Below are positions 14,708 through 26,500 of a stretch of DNA of 64,000 nt, one piece after another. The notes under the pieces were generated by a model. The model saw only the letters and a list, made by a program, of their open reading frames with translations. It made no database searches and was not told where the DNA came from. Position numbers and translations under genes: made by a program. How positions within the stretch are numbered: the first letter of the stretch is position 1; each line of letters starts with the position of its first letter. The DNA comes from Phallusia mammillata (taxonomy: Eukaryota): contig OZ281497.1 of NCBI GenBank assembly GCA_965637545.1, forward strand, positions 9,362,001 through 9,426,000. Direction: 5' to 3'.

Positions 14708-15433
14708 CAGTGCCGGATTAAGGGTCTGCTGGCCTGTAGGCACATTTTGTAAGTGGCCCGAAAATCAGGGTTGCCAACTAAAAAATTAGACTGATATAAC
14801 ATAAAAATATTCACCACAGCAAATTTAATGCATACACCACAGACTTAGATACTGCTGAAACACTAACTAGGCTACACGTGTGGAAACAAAGGAAACCGTG
14901 AAAGCAGGCCATACATGGTTGGCAGTTATGTCGTAACAGAGGACGTATGGTGCAATGGCAACAACGGCGGGAAAGTTTTTTGCTATTGGGGAGCGTCACT
15001 GTCCGTTATTTATAACTATAATTTGACGCAGTAAGCAAGTAATGGGGTCTTGCGGCAGACTGTGGCCGCGGGCCACATTATCATATAAGACCTGAAACTG
15101 TCTGCGGGCCGTATGTTGCCCGCCCCTGCTCTAAGTCATACCCAGTTAACAAAATCATCCATGTTTAGATTGATTTGTTTCGTTGCGTCACTCAACAGAA
15201 ATGCGAATTTTTAAAAACATCAAAAAGGTGGCAACATGTTTCAATTCGTATTTTTTTAACGATTTTTGCAACGTTTAATTCATCTGGAAAAAACTATTAT
15301 AGTAAATACATATTAGTTTAACAAGTAATTATTGTGAAAACATGATTAAGTTTCTACAGATTTTGAAGTGGCCTGGATTTTTGACTGGGCTGTAGGCACG
15401 TGCCTACTTTGCCTAATGGTTAATCCGGCACTG
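14708..15433. mobile_element. hAT-like MITE with a nested MITE fragment (~14790-15129)
   Basis: TIRs CAGTGCCGGATTAA / TTAATCCGGCACTG; flanks do not form a TSD; the inner piece is an inverted homologue of 32408-32964. Confidence 0.75.
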
Positions 15434-15434
15434 A

Positions 15435-17190
15435 TTAGAAGTGAAATCGCTCGGGAGGTTTACGCGATCCCTTCGTTCGTCGTGGATTGTCGGGGCCGAA
15501 TGAAGGAGAGCTACGATTCAGTGGCATGTCTGAATCTGCAATAGCAGTAGGAGCCTGCGGAATACTTTCTTCCGCTCCAGGTTCCAAATCCTCGTCGGAC
15601 GCGTATCGAACGCGTAGGTGGTCGATATGGCGTCTCCAAATTGGACCACGTGGAAGAACTTTAACATGAAAGGTACGACTGCCACACCGTTTGATAATGG
15701 TGGCAGGAACCCAGCGAGCATCCTCGGTACGTCTTAGACCAAGATACAAAGCGTAACATGGGTCTTCAATGTTGAAAGAAGTTAGTGATGTTCACGGGTT
15801 TTCGTGTTCCTTGTACCTGCTTACGTTGCATCAGGTGTGCTGGCGAAGGCAACAGAGTATCTATTTTCGCCCGAATTTGTCTGCCGTTAAGTAGTTCACT
15901 TGGGGAAAATCCACTGGCGTTTGGAATACGCCTGTATTGCAGTAGAAACTCTTGTAACGCTTCTTTAGGAGGTTTAGAAGACTTCTTAAGTGCCTTTTTG
16001 AAAGTTTGCACTAATCGTTCTGCAGCGCCATTTGTAGCAGGAAAGGTAGGGACCTCCGGTCAGATGAACGATGCCCCTTTGTTTACAGAAGTCTTGAAAT
16101 TCGGCAGACATAAAAAGCTTGCGCATTATCGGAAACAATAGTATGAGGGTAACCGAAATGGGCAAAATCTTGTTCCAACAACTCCATAGTTGTTCTCGAT
16201 GACATAGATTGCGTTTGATGTATACAGGGGTATTTTGAGTGAGCATCTATGATCACAAGCCAGTTACTTCCCAGAAAGTTAACTGCGTGATCGATGTGTA
16301 AGCGACTCCATGGCTTTTCCGGCATCATCCACGGATGTACAGGTGCCTTTGGTGGAGCGTTTTGATGTTCAGCACAAGTCTGGCACTTGTGGCAAAGAAC
16401 AGTAATGTCGTCATCGACATTTGGCCAATAGACTGCAGTTCTTGCCAGTTTCTTCATTCGTTGAATCCCAAAATGTCCTTGATGAAGGATCTGGAGAACA
16501 GCAGAACGAAGTGATTCTGGTATAACCAACCGTGAACCATACAGTAGACACCCATAACTGGTACTCAACGAATCCACAACCTTGCAAAACTTTGCAACTG
16601 GATCGTTGTATGCAATAGTAGATGGCCAACCTTCTCTCGTAAAACGCATGACTTTGGATAAGGTTGGATCTTTTCCACTTTCCTTTCGGAGTAACGCCGA
16701 ATCGGTGGGTTGCTAATTGCACAAACAGTGTCGGTGTCATGTGCCCTTTCCTCCCTGTCGAATTCATCCTCCTCACCAATTGGTTTGCAAGCATGTTGTA
16801 ATGGTGCGTCTGCTTGGTTGCTGGCGTTAGATACTACGTTTACTCTATCGTCGGTACGATAAAGTAACTTGTCCAACGATATGCACAACGCCTCGATTCC
16901 GCATCGACCAAGTAGGTTTAAATGCGGCATTTCGAAGACAAACATCGTAAGACTACATGTGGTTATCCTGTATTTGACTTCGAATGCGCCCAGTATCGGC
17001 ACAAGATGTTCCGTTGCAGAGTTGAAACGCTGATTGGTTTCCTTCAAACTCGGTTTCCCAATTTTCTTCCATAAATTTACAGAAATAAAATTTCCGCTTG
17101 TTGCTGTGTCAATCTCTAACAGACAAGCTTTGCCGTTTATGCTGACGGTTACCTCGAGTTTCGGACTGAAATCTGCTTCTGGCTTCATCG
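15435..17190 (-). mobile_element. Ty3/gypsy pol relic: aspartic protease + integrase, frameshifted, RT/RNase H deleted, no LTRs seen
   Basis: LEIDTAT protease motif; H-H-C-C (LHQGHFG..CHKCQTC); PWSRLHIDHA, IVSDNA, NGAAERLVQTFK integrase triad; SPSELLNGR; WRRHIDHLR C-terminus. Confidence 0.92.
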
Positions 17191-18219
17191 AAAGTAGCGA
17201 ATTTACTATTCAAACTTGCTACAGGGTAGTTTATCGATGTAAAGTTGTTATATGACGAATATGCATACACTACCCTTACTATTCAAACTTTAACTATTCA
17301 AACTTGCTACAACAAGGATTTAAGCAACCCATTTTTCCGTACAGTGCCTATTTAAAGGGATTTGTTTGTTCTGTGTGAATGGTTCAACGTCAAATTCCTT
17401 TAGCGCATTTTGGTTGCTTATAAAACTGTGTTTGCAGTTTTGTTTATGTCCTAAATGTTTTCCACTGCAAAGTAATGTTGACACTTGACATAGTGCACAA
17501 TTTTAGAAATTATAATGTCAAGTATGAATCAGAATCTAGCTTGAAGGTGTGTATGGTTTGTAAAGTTTTACCCAAATGAACATTTCCATATTTAAGAAGG
17601 AAAATATTCCATATCCTGGAACATATATATACATTTTGCCTAAATGGCATTTTAGTTTCTATAAAAATCACAAAACAAAACAACAATGAAAGATACAGAA
17701 AATAAAACACAACAAAGTGAAATATAATTACTATTTTTATGAGTCGAACTTGTTAGACTTGAGGATTGTCAAATACACAATATGTTTTGTCGCAGCGATA
17801 GCAAATAAATAGTGTGGTTCAACAGCTGCAGCTGCTGCTTCTGTCAGTTCGTTGAAACCAAACAAACCAAGCATCCAGTGGGTAGTTTTGACAAGGTGAA
17901 TTAGCCTTGTTTTGCACATTGTTTTTGCACTAATGGTTACAATAACAGTTTTGCTGAAGTTCAATTATTACTGGGCAAGGAGATTTAAGCAGACATTGTA
18001 TGGAAAGGCTTTGATGCTATAGCTGTATAAGCTTATATACAGCGGCACAGCTAAAAAAGAACAGTCAGTGAAATGAGACGATAACAGCTTTTAATTGCTA
18101 AACATTTTTACTTTGACTTTGAGGAAAACAAACAGTATACAATCTCCAAGAAAATTTACAGCAGTTTTATTAGTAAATATCTAAAATCTTGGTTGCGTAA
18201 CAGATTTTAGTTTACAACA

Positions 18220-20250
18220 AATACTTGATGAAACGGTTTTAGTAAACGAGCTAAAGAAACAAACACCAATGAAATAGAAATCGATCCCAAGGAATCAGCG
18301 TTGCAGCAGCTGGGACTAGTGTACAAAGAAAAGAGTCCAGACAAGATAAGTCTCATTCAAAGTGTTGCTTTAATGACATTCACTGCATTTCGTCTACCCG
18401 ACAATGTCATTGACATTAGAAAATATCTTGACCCACTGTGTCTGCACTTTTAAATCTCGCAAACGCCTTTAAACAAGATAAAACAACGCAATGTAAAATC
18501 GTAAAGTTAAAGCCAATTAACGATAATCTTAAGGGACCAAAATTGACAAGAATAAGAAAAGTCCAACACAGGGGTGGGGAACCTGCGGCCTAGAGGCCGC
18601 ATGCGGCCTTTTAGTTCAGTAGGTGCGGCCTTCGATGTCAAAATACAATTTAGGATGTTTATAATACACACTGCACCAGGCACAAAAAACTAGACAGAAA
18701 CGTATTTTTTTACCTTTATTCCACATTACTATTTGATTGGTTCTAGGGCAGCTGTTTTTTGCGTACTGGTACACAAAGGTTGCGTACTGGTACACAAAGC
18801 GATTTCCGTAGGTCTGCCAAGAGACCCAGGTTCTACAATCTTACATGTGTCGCAAAGAACAATTGTTTGCGTATAATCGAATGTCTTAAACTCGTCTGTG
18901 ATGTCACAAGCTGCTCGTATAGATTAATATTGGTAAACAAGCGAGTTTCTACATTAATAAAATCCCGAATGTTGTAGTGAGGGTGGAAATGTAGTGAAGA
19001 ATTTTATTTAGCTTGGACCGTTAGTTCAATAGCACATCGACCAGTCTGTAAGTCAAAAAGTTTGAACACACTGTCTTTGGCCTGGCCAATAGTCTGTGCG
19101 GCCTAAACGAGTGTCGATAAATCTTCCCCACCCCTGGTCTGACATATCAGGAAAATGCAGGATTACATTAGTAAAACGTATACCAAAATTATGCAACACA
19201 TTGCAAAGAATACAATTGATATTTAGGAAAACCACCTTGCAGGTTTGCTATAGTAGGAATGGGCTCATTAGCCAAAAAAGAAAGAACATATTCTGACTTT
19301 GAAAGCATTGTCTTTTAAGAAGGCATTGGAACTTCCAACAAGTAATAACCTACTTTAAAATCAAATAATCTTTTCAGGTTAGAGGAGACAATATTACGAT
19401 TTTTAGCTATTCCATGCCTTAACAATCTATTGGTACCAGAAGAAGATTGATTTTATGATCCCTAGACTCCATGTGGAGTATCTCCCGATGGGCTTGCTCC
19501 TCAAGCTAGTAAGAATCCTTAAGGAAGACAAACAATGACAGAGAAAAAACTTTGGATCACCGAACTTATCAACCAGGCTCAGAATCTTTAAAACGGTTAT
19601 CACTTTAAAATAAAAAAATAAATTAACGAAACATACTAATGTTGTTTGGTGGATTCAAGGAAAAAAACCCTGAAATATCACAAAGCAGTGGATTTTTATC
19701 AGTTTTTTTTAACTTGCAAATTCTGTTACAAAACTGCAGATTAACATCGGTATTGGCGACTGTTATAAAAAAAACTATGGCGCCATAAGAGAGCCTTGAA
19801 ATATATGAAACTGGCTTACAATGAAGTCAAAGGTAATTCTTAAAACGATGCAGTTGGTGATGAGTATTATGAGTTAATGATACATTATGGTCTAAGTTTT
19901 TGTCGTGTAAGAAAGTTTATTGAAGGAAAAAGAGTACCTGATGATCTATTGAAAGCCAGACGAAGCCTTCACGTTGATTGATCAGTTTTGCATGTCTTGG
20001 AATAGGTTCTTGTTTAACTGGCCTGGAAAAGTATGAAGAAGCTCTTGTGTATCTAAATCGATCTTGGTGGTGCAAGTGTATAAGAGAAGACCTCTGTCAG
20101 GATACAAGTGACATCTCCGTGTAGTTAACATCAGAATGCTTGACAAACTTAGGACGATCTTTTAAAGCTCATCAACGCCACCACCTGTTGCATAAACTGC
20201 ACATAGAAACGTCAGTATTCTATATTCGATAAACAATGGAAGAGTCAAAG
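18220..20250 (+). pseudogene. Decayed nucleotidyltransferase (PII-uridylyltransferase/DUF294-like) + TPR gene
   Basis: Manual translation: 18271 EIEIDPKESALQQLGLVYKEKSPDKISLIQSVAL; after the MITE IRKMQDYISKTYTKIM; 19223 LGKPPCRFAIVGMGSLAKKERTYSDFESIV; LEETILRFLAIPCLNN..D*FYD..TPCGVSPDG..PQASKNP*GRQ..WITELI; NGYHF; then TPR-like fragments. Multiple stops and frameshifts; ends approximate. Confidence 0.8.
18569..19136. mobile_element. hAT MITE interrupting the NTase pseudogene
   Basis: CAGGGGTGGGGAA / TTCCCCACCCCTG; degenerate TSD GTCCAACA / GTCTGACA. Confidence 0.88.
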
Positions 20251-20406
20251 TTGCTGAATATTTTCTTGTCTTTACTAAATTAGTTCATGTTTGCAGAGAC
20301 CGCTTTGTCCTCATCTTGCTGCCGTACCTCGAGCGCCACCATCTGTCTATATTCTCTCAATAAAAGAGTCATTTTCGCTCTTGGTTCCTTGGAGTTTGAG
20401 CACAAA

Positions 20407-20510
20407 GTAAAGCCGAATGGTCCGGCGCGACTCACCTATATACAGACATAAAAACCCTGATTGGGATTCGTCCTCTGGATTGTCCTGGGTCGAACCCCGT
20501 GAAAAAAGCG
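20407..20510 (+). mobile_element. tRNA-derived SINE head (diverged)
   Basis: A-box-like AGCCGAATGG, B-box-like GGGTCGAACCC; homologous to 56811-56964. Confidence 0.6.
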
Positions 20511-20529
20511 CGTTAAGGACCGTTTAAGG

Positions 20530-21481
20530 CAGTGGTTCTTAACCTTTTTATAACAGCCGAACCCCTACGATATTCTTCGGCCTTTGGTCGAACCCCAAAG
20601 TTACATCCTAGGTTTTAATTGTTTGGTGGGTCGTAATTAGTTTTTGTTCAAATGTAGTGCCAACAGCTCGTTAGTTATTTTGTTGAATTTGACATAATAA
20701 TACAAGCAACTTGTTTCAGGATTGCTTTAATTCCAGGAATTTTTAGTTTTTACCAAAATAAAGAATTGCATTTTAGCATCTGGACACAAACATGAAAAAG
20801 ATGAAGTAATAAGTTTTCGCATAAAAAGAAAATAAAACATTAGTGCAGGAATTCCCAGATTCTTGTTTCACCAACGACCGACATGTACCTGCTTTTTCGT
20901 TTTGAAATACTTGGTTTATATCATATATATACCATCTAATAGCGCCCGAAAAGCCCAGATTAATTTTTAGCTCGGTGCACAGATTGAGCGTGGAGATCAG
21001 TCGTATGTGTTTATGATGTCATAATCTATATTGTTATGCTTGTGGTATCTGTTTTGTTCGTATTGTTTGCACACAATAGGCCTGAAGTATGAAGCATATG
21101 ATTATTAGGCTGGTAATACTCTTTTTAGCACCACAAAAACTATTTAGAGCAGTTTAAAAAACTTTATTTAGCAAAAAAGTTTTATTTACGTCACTGCCGC
21201 CAGTACATATATATTTTAATAAACATGTTCACGGCCGCACAAACTCGACACTGCGCGGGTTGCGACCGTACGGCCGCACGTTATTGTGCACCCCTGTGTT
21301 AGTGCAACCTTCCAGCGTTTTGATATTCGGCAAATAGAAATGCCATTTTTTAGCGACTATAGACCCTAAAGTTTGACGAAAACGAGTATTTGTATTTTAC
21401 TTCAAAAAGACCTTCGTCGAACCCCTGTTTCGGCGTTGCCGAACCCCTGGGGTTCGATCGAACACCGGTTAAGAACCACTG
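20530..21481. mobile_element. hAT MITE
   Basis: TIRs CAGTGGTTCTTAACC / GGTTAAGAACCACTG; TSD GTTTAAGG. Confidence 0.92.
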
Positions 21482-21617
21482 GTTTAAGGAGCTCAAATGA
21501 TCGAAAAAAATTCAGGGTTTAAAGCACTTTGGAATTGATTACGGTTTATTTAGTCTTTTATTGATTATCGGTTGAAATCCATACATTTGGGGCAAATATA
21601 TTTTACTTATGTTTTAG

Positions 21618-22140
21618 GCAAATGTAACGTGGCCTATTCCACCACCTGCATTCAATGACGTTCAAAATCTGAAAGTTACTATCATGAACAATGGTGACAC
21701 AGCTGATGACGTTCCCGACTACGCAGAGAGGACGTCATTTACAATGCACACCGAAGAAGTTGCGCACAAGGGAAGAAAAACAACCACAAGGAGGCGCAAA
21801 AGTTGCTCGTCAAGAAAACAACGGTGATCACGTTGCTGCCATGCATTCGGAAAAAACGTTTAGGTCAGCAATTAACTATATATTTTTATCGTTCGATCAT
21901 TTCATCACATTGCAAGTACTTGATTTCGATTTAGAAACCAACTTTGACAAAGTTTATCTGTACAACCAAACTAATCTCATTGACACTCTAACTGGATCAA
22001 ATTTTACCAACAAACAATTTTTAGCAATTGGTTACATGCGAATTAACTTTGTAACTGATGGTTTCGTGACAAGCTGTGTTTTCAACTTTACTTATCACCT
22101 AGATTCGACTAGCACTAAAATGTAATGAATACAAATGGGT
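21618..22140 (+). pseudogene. CUB cluster member B: VIT-exon relic joined to a CUB fragment nearly identical to gene A
   Basis: Acceptor TTTTAG|GCAAATGTAACGTGGCCT (ANVTWPIPPPAFNDVQNLKVTI) with internal deletion and frameshift; 21889-22140 aligns to A 537-802. Confidence 0.85.
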
Positions 22141-22239
22141 CACAATGAGGTTGACTTTACTTTATGTCCAGCTTGTATTTAAAGCGTTTAAAAATTTCAC
22201 TCGCTATTTGTCAATGATGCACAACTCCTGTATCTAAGG

Positions 22240-22556
22240 CAGTGGTTCTTAACCTTTTTTCTGTTGTTACCCAGAAAATGTTTTGATGGATATCAATTAC
22301 CCCTTATTAGAAACGATTGCCATAGAAGTTACTTCTTTTTTATTTTGAAAATGTGGCAGGACGCCGATAAATCTATTAAGATTGAATTTTTATTGAATTA
22401 TTTTGAATACATTTTACCCTCATTACAAAATGTTTGCTGGTTGCAATAATGATAACCAAGAATCTAATGATAACTATAACAGAAAATCTATGTTACCCCT
22501 TTTAAAATGCCAAATTACCCCTTTGGGGGTAATTACCCACAGGTTAAGAACCACTG
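22240..22556. mobile_element. hAT MITE
   Basis: CAGTGGTTCTTAACCT / AGGTTAAGAACCACTG; TSD ATCTAAGG. Confidence 0.93.
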
Positions 22557-23164
22557 ATCTAAGGTATCTAAAAATGCATGTCATTAAACCGGTTTTATAC
22601 AAAATAAGGATGGTTTTAAACGTTTAAAACATAAATTAGAGGCGATTACGGTTCAAAGAACAAATCTTTTAGGGGTTTCCCAATTTCAGACCCACTTACC
22701 ACTCTGCTACAAATATTTTAGTATGGGTGCATTTACAATTATGAAAATTTCGGTAGCTTTTGGTTCCGTGTAACAAATTCATGCGCCGGTACCAAACGGT
22801 TAAAATTAAACAATGGTACAAGGTGTTAATAGTGTACAATTACGGTTTCAAGTGGTTGTGAGCTTTTTATCACCCATGGTTCAGGAATTTTACCAAAATC
22901 ATGTTAGAGTCTTACATAAGATACATGTTTTGCTTAGATTGCGCTTGCTCTTTTCGCTCTTTGAGGCATTAAAACAAAACACCAGGATTTATTTTATTTT
23001 ATTTTTTTGACGCCTTTTGTATGCAGCACCGTTAAAAAATACGTGGTCATTGAGAAATAGCAAACCGGAAAACTGTGAAACAACTGACACCAAGCACCAA
23101 GACAATTAGCAAACACAGTTACAATTACCACCGTACAATTGTATAGCACCCGAACCCATTAGGC

Positions 23165-23487
23165 CAGGGGTGGGCAACCTTTTCAACAGGGGCCAGTTAG
23201 GAAAATGTAATGAATACATGAGGGCCGCACATAAAAAAAACACTAATTCAAATTTTCAGCTCTTACTAGAAAATCACAAGTAAGCTGCAAGCCGACATGA
23301 AATATCCGCATTAGTGTAGTGGTGTACCCTATGGTTTACATCGCACTTTAAACAGGGAAATTAAAGTGCAAAAGTTCCAACATGATGAACACTCAAATAG
23401 CCTTAATTGGCGAAAATAGCTGGAAGTAAATGAAGGGGCGCACAAAAAATGGGAAAGGGCCTCATGCGGCCCGCGGGCTCTCCTCTG
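23165..23487. mobile_element. hAT MITE immediately downstream of the gene C stop codon
   Basis: CAGGGGTGGGCAACCT start; right TIR eroded; TSD CATTAGGC / CAATAGGC. Confidence 0.75.
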
Positions 23488-23506
23488 CAATAGGCATTTG
23501 CAGTTA

Positions 23507-26500
23507 TTATGGGAAAGGACTTCCATGCACCGATACACTCAAATAATAGTTCGCATTGAAACCTTTATCAGTAATACCACTACTGGTTGAAAATCTTAAC
23601 CAAAGGTCGTAACCAACACGCTGAAAATAACGACCCGATGGAAAAGTACCAGAGAATTCTTCCTTAACTTTGTCACCCGAATATAAAGTCAAAATGTCGG
23701 AACTCTGTTGAGTAGAAAAGTCATTAAAATCTAGCACTATGTCATTGTAATCCCCATCAAAGAACCAACATTCGTTAAAGTTATTCGAATAATCTTCGGG
23801 ATAATTGTGTGACGTAATAGTGCCGTTTGCAGTGATGTTTATGTTATGGATCAGTGAACAGTTATGGTCGTAAGGCGGCGTAGGGTAATCTTCAGTTGCA
23901 GAATACTGAAATTGAAAACCTATGTTGGGAAAGTTACTGTGAGCGTGAAAGTTTATAAACATAGAATAACGTGAGTACAGTGGCGATTCATAATCGTCAT
24001 TGGTAAATCTTGAAAGGAAAGGATAGTAGTTGTTGGGTCCTGCGTACACGTCAATGTAATCATCATCTGACAACTCTAAGTCAAGTACCACAAGCATGAC
24101 ATGGTAGCCGTTATGGCTGTTAATGGTCCAGCTGCAGACAATATTGCTATAGTAGCGCTGTGGGTAGTTTGGCGAAGTAAAATTGGCAGAACCCGAATAT
24201 ATGTCAAGCGTTTTACCATCAGTGTCAGTGCAGGCTTGGTGGGTTGGAGCCGCTTTTAGGAGGAACAGAAAACCATTGCTAACTTCAGAATAGTCCGAAC
24301 GGAATTCCAGTTGCATTTGTGATGTGCTGCTTATATATTTACTCGGGTAGTTTACACTTCGCTCTATAAAACCCAAGATTTCAGACGAATCCCATCCGTC
24401 ATAGAAATACACATTATCGTATTTGGCAAGTCTGGCATCATTCACTTGCAGCTCTACGCCATAACCTGGTAACGTAGTCGACACATACCAATTGCATTGC
24501 ATCTGATTCTCGTAGAAACTTGGATAATTAGGCGAGGATATGTAGGTATAGTTATAAGCATCGACTGTGAGATACAATCCAGAAGTACATGCTGCAGTGG
24601 AGTTGTTATTAATATGGTCTTCGTAACTGGGAACAGTTTGGTTGGTGCTGTTCACACTTCTGTATATAAGCTGGAATCCACGATATGTATGTGATAAATC
24701 TGATGTAAACCGTATCAGCATGTCAGATCCCGTGGAGTACACATGAGAGCCAATTTCCAATGCATAAGGTATTTGTTTTTGATAAAAGGAAGGACCGTCG
24801 AAAAAGACCAGGAAGTCGCAGCATATGTCAACACTGAAATCAGCAAGGTATACCTCTATTACTTGTCCAACATATGATGAATGAATGGTCCAAGTGCAGT
24901 ACATATTGTTTACGTAGTGGTAAGGGTAATCAAAGGAAGTTATATTGTTGTAAAAAGTTTTGGCATCCAAGTATTTAGTCCCGTTGCAGCTCGGGTTTAA
25001 AACAGGTTCGTATTGGATATTAAAGCCACGTCGGGCAACAGAACTGTCACTAACAAAGTATATCGATAAATAAGTGAAATATATAATTTCTTTAGGATAA
25101 GTATTGCCCGTAATGTTTGCTACGAGATCTGAATTGTCGTAGAATAGAATATAATCATAGCCGTTTTCCAAATCTAGGTCCAAAATTTTTAAGGAAAGGG
25201 ACTGTACTCGAGTATCAGGCACCCATATATTCCACGAACAGTTTGCGTTATTGTAGTAGTCATTAGGATAATTAGGCGATGTGAGATAGTAAACTGTGCC
25301 CAGTTCGGTTGTCACTCTTTCATTGTAGCTGCAAGTTGAATTGACAATAGGTGTTGTAACGATATTTTGGGTTGTGGTTTTAAAAGTAACGTTAACAAAT
25401 TCGGTTGTGCTTGCAATTACACCAGCAGTTGTTTCACTCGGTAGAGGTTTTGCTGTTGTCGAGGCAATCACACCAACTGTTGTAGTTGCTCTAAATCCAG
25501 TTTTTGATTCTGAACAATCAGAAGTCAGATGCAAAGACATACTACTTCCGGTGGACTGGTACATGGTCAAATTGTTCTGATTGGTTAATGTACCAGATAA
25601 AATGGCAATCACTTGACCGTCAAACGAATTACCGTCATAGATGGTGAGTCGGTCGCAGCATTCCTCGATGTCGATATCGACGATATTGAGTTGAACCACT
25701 TTATCTTCAGGCACACGAACCAGCCACGCGATGTCAGCAGAGTTCGGGTAGGGTTGAGGATAGTTGGGAGAAAATATTTCACCCACCAAATTCTGAACAG
25801 TGGAACCATAAAGATCGAAAAGCACCTGGGCTTTGTTTTGTATCTTCACACCTGAGTCGATCATGTCTTGCACGGTTTCCTTGTACTCGATGTTGAAGGT
25901 GACCTCTTTGTTGCCTTTAATGTGGGCCGTGTTCTTTGCAGTTTGAAGATGCAAATCGTACATATCTGCAAAATATTATAGATAATGGTTGTTTTGTTTT
26001 GTTTTTTTGTAAAAGGGGAAAATTTTGGTTTGTGCTTCAATTGAAAGACAGGTATAACTGTATGCAGTAGGCCTGCATTGTTTAATCAAGAGTCACCAGA
26101 TATATACTTAGGACAACAGTTGCGTACAATAAAAGACACTTTGGTAAGTCTCAAGTGATCCACTATTTGTTTATGATAAGTTATACATATTCGAACCACG
26201 TATATTTTTTCTAAACCGTTTGTTTACGCCAGTGATTCTGAAACTTTTTAAGCTGAAACTTTTTAAGCATGCAGCGCATTAAAAAAAACTAAAAACGTGG
26301 CACACTTCGCAGGTAAACATAACAAAAGTTGTTCAAAAATGGCACTTTTCAACTTTATTGTGATGGCAAAAGATGCTGATGGCAAAAGATGCATTACCAA
26401 TAACCAAAATATGAGCTTTGTAATGTGCAACAGTATTTTTTCATAAAGTCCTAAAACACCAGGTATGTTTGCAATTTAAAATAGGGAGTATTTTGCGGCG

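Noticed and set aside
17200-17312. Three copies of ACTATTCAAACTT around a short GGGTAGT..ACTACCC inverted repeat, superficially array-like
   Set aside because: Too few, irregularly spaced units in a eukaryotic context; best explained as a repair or insertion scar at the gypsy relic edge, not a CRISPR.
23507-25963. Calling these genes cubilin, tolloid/BMP1 or DMBT1 orthologues
   Set aside because: No EGF, astacin, SRCR or ZP domains; similarity is limited to generic CUB repeats.
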